Source: an uncultured Oscillospiraceae bacterium
GTDB lineage: Bacteria > Bacillota > Clostridia > Christensenellales > CAG-314
Assembly (NCBI GenBank): GCA_964483825.1
Contig: CAZADD010000001.1
Location: 2,491-66,490 of the forward strand
Length of the DNA stretch: 64,000 nt
Direction: 5' to 3'
Shown here: positions 57,082-64,000 of the stretch, piece by piece
How the letters are laid out: the number at the start of each line of letters is the position of its first letter
Position numbering within the stretch: position 1 is the stretch's first letter
Notes under the pieces: model-generated
Told to the model about the DNA's origin: nothing
Database searches by the model: none
What the model saw: the letters and a program-made list of their open reading frames with translations, nothing else
Program-made: the position numbers and the translations under genes

Positions 57082-57309
57082 GTGAATTATACTTTTAAGT
57101 GCAACAGGCAGGACAAAAAACAGCTCATATAAATCTATCGTATAATCTAGTTGCGGAACAAAGTAACCAAGAAAAAACATATGAACTATTATAAACATTT
57201 TACCATAGAAGAACGTTGTTGTCTATGCGAATATTATGCAAAAGGTAAAAGCTACAGAAAAATTGCCAGGTTGTTAGGAAGAAATGTAGCCCCGTATCGA
57301 GAGGGTTAA
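57081..57309 (+). mobile_element. IS30-family transposase N-terminal remnant with probable left end
   Basis: ORF 57181-57309 MNYYKHFTIEERCCLCEYYAKGKSYRKIARLLGRNV then frameshift/stop, matching the IS30 N-terminal HTH. Upstream ..AAGTGCAAC resembles an IS30 IRL. Confidence 0.7.
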
Positions 57310-57644
57310 TTGCCAAATGTCTAAGGCGAAAGAAATTTCGTTTCAATGTAAAAACGGTTTTTAGTGTAAGTGGGATTGTGCAACTGTACCGTTGAGCCGT
57401 AACGAGGTGCAAAACGAAAGCGGTGCAATTTTGTTGAATTTCAAATTGTGCCATCATTTTTTGTTTGAAAAATTCAATTAACGCAAGTTTTGCCGTTTCT
57501 TTGCGTATTGACGAAAAACTATTCGTATATTTGCGCTTGCCGTCGCTCAATTTTTGCCGTGGTTGACAACGGATAAAGATTGTTGTATTATGTGTACAAT
57601 TTTGATGTCGTTGTAGGCCTACGGGCGTGCAACGGGAGTTAGTT

Positions 57645-58469
57645 ATGAAAAACAAAAATTCACAATCCGAACAGTCGCAACTGCCGCACAACCGTCCGCA
57701 AGTATTTGTGGATAGGTTGCGGACGCATTGGCTCAAACTGTGGTGTTGCGGTTTACTGTTGCTGTTGTTCGCATTGCCGCTTTTTGTCGTTAGGTTTGGC
57801 ACTGACTTGATTGTCATATCTTTGCGAGAAAGTTTGCAAGCGGCGGAAATAACAAACGATTATTTCGTTCAGACAGTGCAAACTGTGCAGCTGTTTTCTT
57901 CTCTTGTCAACGTGGTGTCTTATCTTGTGTTTGGCGTGGGCGTTATCGGCGTGCTGCGTCAAGTGCGGCAAATGGCATGGTCGGAACCCATGCACTTTTG
58001 GCAAGATTTCGGCATCGGCGTCAAACAAAACCGTGGCGGTTTGCTTTGTTTCTTGGCAATGGGTTTGCTGAACGCATTCAATTCCGTCGTCATTCAAAAC
58101 AGTAACGATTGGTTGCAATATTTGCCGTTGTGTCTTTACGTGGTGATTTTGTTGCCGATAATTTTGCACATTTTGGTGCAAATATCCGTCTACAATCACA
58201 AAGCGTGGGATTTGATTTCAACGTCAGCGTTCGTCTACGTCAAGACAGTGCCGGTGTCGATACTGTTTGCGTTTTTGTTCATGTCCTACGGCCTGTTGGA
58301 TTTCATTCCGTCGTTTATAACAAGAATTTTGGTCAAGGCCGTTTTCGTGATGCTGTTGCCCACGCTTATGTTGGGTTGGTTTTTGTACTGTTGTTCCGTT
58401 TTGGATAAGTACGTCAACAAACAAAGCTATCCCGAACTTGTGGATAAGGGCGTGTGGCGCTTGAAGTAG
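57645..58469 (+). CDS. Integral membrane protein, YesL/DUF624-like (sugar-ABC associated)
   Basis: About 6 TMs with LRQVRQMAWSEPMHFWQDFGIGVKQN pattern. GGAG RBS. 274 aa. Confidence 0.7.
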   Translation: MKNKNSQSEQSQLPHNRPQVFVDRLRTHWLKLWCCGLLLLLFALPLFVVRFGTDLIVISLRESLQAAEITNDYFVQTVQTVQLFSSLVNVVSYLVFGVGVIGVLRQVRQMAWSEPMHFWQDFGIGVKQNRGGLLCFLAMGLLNAFNSVVIQNSNDWLQYLPLCLYVVILLPIILHILVQISVYNHKAWDLISTSAFVYVKTVPVSILFAFLFMSYGLLDFIPSFITRILVKAVFVMLLPTLMLGWFLYCCSVLDKYVNKQSYPELVDKGVWRLK

Positions 58470-58520
58470 TTTGCGCTGAAAAATAGCCTTTACACAAATT
58501 TTGCAAAATTTCAAATTTTC

Positions 58521-58563
58521 AACAAAAAAGTTCTCAACTTGGCGTGTTGAGAACTTTTTTGTT
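58521..58563. terminator. Bidirectional intrinsic terminator
   Basis: AAAAAAGTTCTCAAC..GTTGAGAACTTTTTT between convergent genes. Confidence 0.85.
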
Positions 58564-58878
58564 ACTTTTGCAGTTTTATCAAATATCTTCGATAAATTTA
58601 TGCTTGTCTGATGAATCTCAATGCGGTGCTGCCGCTGTGGTGGTTTGTTGTTTTGGGGAGTTACTGTCGGAAGCGATGTGTTTCAAATTCGCAAACACGT
58701 TGTTTTGAGACGGCGTTCGGCATCAACGGACAATTTGTCGGTTAGTGCGTGTTTTTGTGAAAATTTGACTACTTAGCCAAAAGCGTAGTGTATCTTTTTT
58801 ATTTTCAGTGCACCGTTTAACTTGGTGCATGGTATTCGACGCAAGTTGAAACACGTTTTCGTTCGACGAACGGTGAAC

Positions 58879-59718
58879 CTAGTGCGTTTTTGTTTGTTTT
58901 CCTTTGAAGTGGTTGGGCGAATGTCCGAACGTGGCCTTGAATATTTTCCCAAAGTAGTTGTAATCGGGAATTCCCACTTTGTTGGCGATGACCGTCAACG
59001 GTTCGTCGGTAGTTTCAATCAGGTTTTTTGCCGCTTGCATTCTTTGTGCGGTTATGTACTTTTTCGGTGCCATACCCGTCGCTTTGGTGGTGGCGGTGTA
59101 AATTTGTTTTTCGGACATATTCAATGCGGCGCACAGCGATTGCGAATCCAGCCGTTCGCTCAAATTGTTTTTTATGTAGGGCGCAATGGCGTTTTCAAAT
59201 ACATTGGTTTTTATTTGTATCAAGTTTTTGTTCAATGCGTATTCAAACACGGCGAACGTCAGTTCTTTCAGTGCTTCGAACTTTTGCTCGGAAAACCTTG
59301 CCGTCTTGAAGTACTTGTCCTTCATTTCCTTTTCGTCAAAGCCAAATTCACGGCAGTAGTCGGATATTTGATGCAAAACGTGTTTTTCCGTGCGAGTGTC
59401 ACGCAACGGACCTATCAAAATGTAGCCGTAAATAACGTTGTTTCGGTGCAACTTGAAGGCCATTTCACGCATGCCGAAGTGACAAAGATAGTTGAAGTTG
59501 TCTTCTTGCGACGATGTTATTTTTTGCATGGCACAACTGTCCGACATCATGCACTTATCGGAGTAGTGGCATTTAACTATTTCACACAGTTTGTTGCCGG
59601 GTGCCGTGCAGGCGTAGGTGCCTTCAAAATTTTCGTCGTAAAGCTGTACGGACGTTTTTGCTAGGTACCCCAAATGCGTTAGCAATTTTTTCGTTAAATC
59701 CAAGTCGAAGTTAAGCAT
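58879..59718 (-). CDS. AraC-family regulator with PocR-type sensor domain
   Basis: LCEIV..KCMMSD..YLCHFGMREMA..GYILIG PocR pattern. C-terminal RMQAAKNLI..IANKVGIPDYNYFGKIFK..GHSP. Confidence 0.9.
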   Translation of the reverse strand: MLNFDLDLTKKLLTHLGYLAKTSVQLYDENFEGTYACTAPGNKLCEIVKCHYSDKCMMSDSCAMQKITSSQEDNFNYLCHFGMREMAFKLHRNNVIYGYILIGPLRDTRTEKHVLHQISDYCREFGFDEKEMKDKYFKTARFSEQKFEALKELTFAVFEYALNKNLIQIKTNVFENAIAPYIKNNLSERLDSQSLCAALNMSEKQIYTATTKATGMAPKKYITAQRMQAAKNLIETTDEPLTVIANKVGIPDYNYFGKIFKATFGHSPNHFKGKQTKTH

Positions 59719-59724
59719 GGCCCC

Positions 59725-59753
59725 AGTATACCACACATTTTTGCCCAAATCAA
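59725..59753 (-). promoter_or_regulatory. Promoter predicted to give a leaderless PocR-AraC mRNA
   Basis: - strand TTGATT (59753-59748), 17 bp, TG-g-TATACT (59730-59725), then 6 nt to ATG 59718. No SD. Confidence 0.65.
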
Positions 59754-59968
59754 GACGGTTTTCAATGTTTGTGGTACAAATTTGACAATTTTGGCGGAAA
59801 ATTACCAACTTTTTGTCGAATTTGTTACTATAAATCGGTATTTTTCAATGATATACTGTTATTCGCAGAATGGTAGAGTGCACCTGTGTGTAAAAATCGG
59901 GTTAAGTTTCACACTTTGCCGTTAGGCGATAGTGCCGTTTGTGAAAGGTGCTACATTTAGAGGTTTTT

Positions 59969-61561
59969 ATGACGCAGAAGAAGTTTGGTGCGCTTATTTG
60001 CTGTGCTTGTAACGCAGTTATGCAAGTGAGCGTTGTGAAAAAGTTGATACTTGCATTGGAAAAGATGGGCTACAACCTGTTGGAGTTGTGTATCGACGAT
60101 ATGTACAAAATAGATAGCGAGCCGTTTTTCGGTTATCTTCGCGGCGGTTACACGCACGAAGAAATTCGTGATATGGATGCTTTCGCACGCGACCACGGCG
60201 TGGAATTGGTGCCTTGCATTCAAACGCTTGCGCATTTGGATAACTTGGTGAAACTGCCTTGCTACGAAGATATCGTGGATATCGATAACATTTTGCTTGT
60301 GGACGACGACAAAACTTACCGTTTGATAGACAAAATGTTTCAGTCTCTGTCTCAAGATTTTTCTTCACGCAGTGTCAACATCGGTTTTGACGAAGCGCAA
60401 CACGTCGGTTTGGGAAGTTACTTGAAAAAACACGGCTACGTGGATAGGTACGAGTTGCTGTTGCGCCACTTGGGAAAGGTGACGGAAATAGCACACAAGT
60501 ACGGTTTCAAATTGCACATGTGGAGCGACATGTTCTTCCGCTTGGGTAACGGCGGAGAATACAGTGTCAAAAATGCCGTTATTCCGCAAGAAGTGATCGA
60601 TGCCGTTCCGGACGTTGAATTGTGCTACTGGGATTACTACAACACCGACGAAGAAATGTACGACAACATGCTTGTTTCGCACGAACGGTTCAACAAACCT
60701 CTGTGGTTTGCCTGTTCCGCTTGGACAAATTGCGGTTTTGCGCCCCTAAATCACTACGCACTGAAAACAATTGCTCCGGCCATGCGTCAGGTTGCAAAAC
60801 ACAACGTGCAAAACGTCTTGGTCACTTTGTGGGGCGATAACGGTCACGATTGCAGTTATTTTTCCGCATTGCCCGTGTTGTTTGCGGCAAAGAAATATGC
60901 CGAAGGCATTTTCGACGAAGAAACGATAAAGCAACAGTTCAATCAACTGTTCGGCTTGAACTACGACGACTTCATGTTGTTGGATTTGCCCAACGGCATG
61001 GACGTCAACCGCGACTACTCCCAGCCGTACAGTGCTTGCAAGGCAATGTTGTTCAACGATTGTTTCTTGGGGTGGAAGGATAGCGCCATCGAGCGTGTGC
61101 AACTTGCCGTCTACGACGAACTGGTGGAAAAATTGCAACAGGCAGGCAAGCGCAACGCCGAGTACAAGTATTTGTTCGATAACATGGCTGCGCTGTGCAT
61201 GGCATTGAAGCACAAGGCAACGTTGGGCATCGACACTCGCAAGGCTTACCGTTCCGATGACAAAAAGCAACTGCGAAAAATCGTCAAAAGGTACAAGCAA
61301 GCAGTGAAAGCCGTTCGCAATTTCCGCAAAACGTTGTGCGACGCATGGTTTGCGGAAAACAAACCTTTCGGTTGGGAAGTGCAAGAAGTGCGTTTGGGCG
61401 GACTTATATCCCGTTTGGAAGATTGTACCGTGCGTTTGAACGACTATTTGCACGGCAAAATTAAAAACATTCCGGAACTGGAACAAGCCATTTTGCCCTA
61501 CGGCAACAACAACGTCGATTGCAACGTCTACAAAGCACTTGTAAGCGTGTCGCAATTGTAA
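59969..61561 (+). CDS. GH20 beta-N-acetylhexosaminidase (GcnA/HexD-like), cytoplasmic
   Basis: MGYNLLELCIDD, GYLRGGYT, ELVPCIQTLAH, NIGFDEA, MWSDMFF, YWDYY, TLWGDNG, ENKPFGWEV. Confidence 0.9.
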   Translation: MTQKKFGALICCACNAVMQVSVVKKLILALEKMGYNLLELCIDDMYKIDSEPFFGYLRGGYTHEEIRDMDAFARDHGVELVPCIQTLAHLDNLVKLPCYEDIVDIDNILLVDDDKTYRLIDKMFQSLSQDFSSRSVNIGFDEAQHVGLGSYLKKHGYVDRYELLLRHLGKVTEIAHKYGFKLHMWSDMFFRLGNGGEYSVKNAVIPQEVIDAVPDVELCYWDYYNTDEEMYDNMLVSHERFNKPLWFACSAWTNCGFAPLNHYALKTIAPAMRQVAKHNVQNVLVTLWGDNGHDCSYFSALPVLFAAKKYAEGIFDEETIKQQFNQLFGLNYDDFMLLDLPNGMDVNRDYSQPYSACKAMLFNDCFLGWKDSAIERVQLAVYDELVEKLQQAGKRNAEYKYLFDNMAALCMALKHKATLGIDTRKAYRSDDKKQLRKIVKRYKQAVKAVRNFRKTLCDAWFAENKPFGWEVQEVRLGGLISRLEDCTVRLNDYLHGKIKNIPELEQAILPYGNNNVDCNVYKALVSVSQL

Positions 61562-61730
61562 GCAACAATACTATTTGAAAATAGCGCCGTTGCGTCAACA
61601 AGTTGTGATGCAATGCGCAGGAAGTTTTCAAATGTGTAGGTGCGTTTGCAACTTCGTGAACGTTTGCAAACTAACCAAAAACAAAATCTCTAACAAAAAG
61701 TTTGTGTTCTCATGCACAAAGGAGAAAACA

Positions 61731-62660
61731 GTGCAAAGATTATCTACTCTCAATTCAGCCAAACGCAAAAAAATTTGGCACAGACGGCTGTTTGTGTTCA
61801 GTTTTTTGGCGTTGCCCGTTTTGAACTTTTTGGTTTTCTACGTGTACGTCAATTTCGATGCGTTTTTCATGGCGTTTCAGCGTCCTACCACCGGTGAAGG
61901 TTTTGGCGCAACGGAATGGTCTCTGGAAAATTTCCAAAAAATATTTTCATTGCTAAGTACTTCCGGCGGCGAACTGTGGGGAGCGTTGTTAAACACGGTG
62001 CTGTTCTACGTGTTTGGTATGGTTATCGGGTTGCCCATTTCCATTTTGATGAGTTATTTCATTTATCAAAAAATAAAGGGCTACAAAGTGTTCCGTTTTG
62101 TCACCTACTTGCCCAACATCATCACCAGTTCGGCATTGGTAATTTTGTTCAAAAACGCAACGGGGCCGGGCGGTCCGCTGGATGCCATTATAACCAAGCT
62201 TGGCGGCGAATATATCGACCCAATCACACGCAACGAAACGGCAATTTGGATGATCATTTTCTATTCGTTAAGTTTTGGTTTCGGAACGAACCTTATTGTG
62301 TTGAACGGTGCAATGAACGGTATCAACAAGGAAATGTTGGAGGCGGCCTCTATCGACGGTTGCAACTGGTTCAAGGAACTTGTTCACATCATCATTCCCA
62401 CCATTTGGCCAACCGTTTCCACGATAGTTATTCTTTCAACTGCGGGATTTTTGGGTGCAACGGGCCCTATTTTGGCATTCACCAAGGGCACAAACGGCAC
62501 CATGACACTGTCGTTCTATATCTATCAGTTGGTCAGCGGTGCCGGCGGCGTAAAGCAGGACGTGTATTTGGCTTCGGCAATAGGCGTGCTTATGACGGCC
62601 ATTTCCTTCCCGTTGGCACTTATTGTTCGAAAGGTTGTTTACGGCAAGGAGGATGCGTGA
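61731..62660 (+). CDS. Carbohydrate ABC permease (MalF/UgpA type)
   Basis: AAGGAG RBS plus GTG. FRFVTYLPNII, EMLEAASIDG, IIIPTIWPT. Confidence 0.9.
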   Translation: MQRLSTLNSAKRKKIWHRRLFVFSFLALPVLNFLVFYVYVNFDAFFMAFQRPTTGEGFGATEWSLENFQKIFSLLSTSGGELWGALLNTVLFYVFGMVIGLPISILMSYFIYQKIKGYKVFRFVTYLPNIITSSALVILFKNATGPGGPLDAIITKLGGEYIDPITRNETAIWMIIFYSLSFGFGTNLIVLNGAMNGINKEMLEAASIDGCNWFKELVHIIIPTIWPTVSTIVILSTAGFLGATGPILAFTKGTNGTMTLSFYIYQLVSGAGGVKQDVYLASAIGVLMTAISFPLALIVRKVVYGKEDA

Positions 62661-62661
62661 T

Positions 62662-63552
62662 ATGAACAAGATGCTAAATCAAAAAAAATCAACGTCACGC
62701 AAAGTGGTGTTTGCAATTGCTTTCGTGTTGTTCGTGCTCTACACGGCCTACGTGCTGTTCTTTTTCGCTTTTGCCTTCATTTGTGCGGTAAAAACGGATA
62801 ACAGCCAGTACACTCAAGACAAAATCAACGACAAGTTGTTCGGGTTCTCCGGCGGCTTCAATCTTTCCAACTTTGTGACGGCGTTCAATTCGCTGAAAAC
62901 TTCGTTGGGCGACAACTATTCGTTTTGGAATATGTTGTGGAACTCAATTTGGAGAACGGTGACAAGCTCGGTGCTGTCCATCATGGCAAGCGCAATGGTG
63001 TGCTACATTTTGGTGTTCTACCGCAGCAAACTGACAAAATTCATCTACACGTTGGGTTTGTTCGTGGCGGTTTTGCCGGTGTACGGCAGTGCAGGTTCCA
63101 CCTACCGTTTGATGTTCAACTTGGGGTTGATCAACAATCCTGTCAACATGATTGTGAGTATTTCGCTTTACGGCGGATATTTCTTCTACATGTATTCCTT
63201 CTTCAAAACGCTAAGTTGGGAATATGCCGAGGCGGCCTTTGTGGACGGCGCAGGGCACTACACGGTGTTTTTCAAAATTATGTTCCCAATGGCGTTGCCC
63301 AGTGTTTCGGCATTGTTCATCATGTCGTTCATCGCAGGTTGGAACGACTACGAATCGACTTTGCTTTACATGAACGAATATCCCAACCTTGCCTACGGCG
63401 TGTACGCTTTCAGCGAAAACCAAAAATATGCCGCAAACATGCCGGGGCTGTTCGCAGGCGTTATCATCACCCTTATTCCGGTGCTTATTTTGTTCTTCAT
63501 TTTCCAAAACACTATCATGGAAAAGGTGCACATGGGCGGTTTGAAAGGATAA
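62662..63552 (+). CDS. Carbohydrate ABC permease (MalG/UgpE type)
   Basis: AAGGAGG RBS. LSWEYAEAAFVDGA, GWNDY, MGGLKG. Confidence 0.9.
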   Translation: MNKMLNQKKSTSRKVVFAIAFVLFVLYTAYVLFFFAFAFICAVKTDNSQYTQDKINDKLFGFSGGFNLSNFVTAFNSLKTSLGDNYSFWNMLWNSIWRTVTSSVLSIMASAMVCYILVFYRSKLTKFIYTLGLFVAVLPVYGSAGSTYRLMFNLGLINNPVNMIVSISLYGGYFFYMYSFFKTLSWEYAEAAFVDGAGHYTVFFKIMFPMALPSVSALFIMSFIAGWNDYESTLLYMNEYPNLAYGVYAFSENQKYAANMPGLFAGVIITLIPVLILFFIFQNTIMEKVHMGGLKG

Positions 63553-63637
63553 CGGCAAAATTTGTTCAAACTAAACTTAACAGCCACACAGAAGGTGCGC
63601 TGAAATTAAAATATAAAATCAACTCGGAGGTAATCCA

Positions 63638-64000
63638 ATGAAAAAACTTGTTACAATTGCGGCTGTTTTGCTGGTGATTGTGTTTGCATGCACGGCGTTT
63701 GTCGGCTGCAACGGCAAACCGGACGAAAACACTCTTACTATCGAAGTAGTCAACTTGGGCTACGGCATTCAATGGTTGCAAGATCTTGCCGATGCCTACA
63801 CGGCAAAACATCCGGAAATCAAAATTGATATCAATCCGCTGACCGGCTCTGGCGGTAACGATGCAATCAACGGCCACTCGGAAGCACTTACCGGCTACAC
63901 GGATATTTTTGCATTCCGTCCCAGCAAGTATCACTTCAACTGCTATCAAGGTGCGGTGAACACAAGTGCCGGCAAAATCGACTGTATCTACGCCGATCTG
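63638..64000 (+). CDS. Carbohydrate ABC solute-binding lipoprotein, 5' part (runs off the window)
   Basis: GGAGG RBS. MKKLVTIAAVLLVIVFACTAFVG-C, then TLTIEVVNLGYGIQWLQDLADAYTAKHPEI, similar to the SBP at 42452. Confidence 0.85.
   Translation, partial: MKKLVTIAAVLLVIVFACTAFVGCNGKPDENTLTIEVVNLGYGIQWLQDLADAYTAKHPEIKIDINPLTGSGGNDAINGHSEALTGYTDIFAFRPSKYHFNCYQGAVNTSAGKIDCIYADL

Noticed and set aside
57200-57817. 205-aa - strand ORF (and 58822-59664 + strand ORF)
   Set aside because: They overlap the IS30 remnant, membrane gene or AraC gene in antisense and have no recognisable features.
1-64000. tRNA, rRNA, prophage, integrase or defence genes
   Set aside because: None recognised by eye; small structured RNAs cannot be excluded without a covariance-model search.

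Overview
Gene-dense, mostly + strand window from a monoderm, Clostridia-like bacterium, probably a gut anaerobe (inferred from lipoprotein-anchored ABC solute-binding proteins, consensus sigma-A promoters and a GH112 gene). Left to right it holds: (1) a starch/maltodextrin locus with a lipoprotein carrying six SusE/SusF-like modules, a LacI regulator, a cytoplasmic GH13 neopullulanase and a MalEFG-like ABC transporter whose malF-like gene has an in-frame TGA; (2) a cluster of REP-like palindromes; (3) the operon trpS - DUF5685-like - J-domain - membrane protein on the - strand; (4) a shikimate operon (aroF, aroB, aroA, aroC, chorismate mutase, aroE-aroK fusion) and trkAH; (5) a 1425-aa modular M6-type metalloprotease lipoprotein followed by a synonymously diverged copy of its own 3' end; (6) asnS plus a short archaeal-type aspS; (7) a ~23.5-kb AraC-linked glycan utilization locus between two IS scars, with GH78-like, ABC permeases and SBP, two large surface proteins sharing an unrecognised beta-rich module, three paralogous uncharacterised 'DEP' barrel proteins, GH95, GH112, fucU and fucI; (8) the start of a second PocR-AraC / GH20 / ABC locus. 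The best candidate for an undescribed system is (7). Its three DEP barrels seem to lack the clan GH-A nucleophile and could supply the missing lacto-/galacto-N-biose-releasing step. No rRNA, tRNA or CRISPR array was seen. All family calls come from by-eye motif recognition, not database searches.
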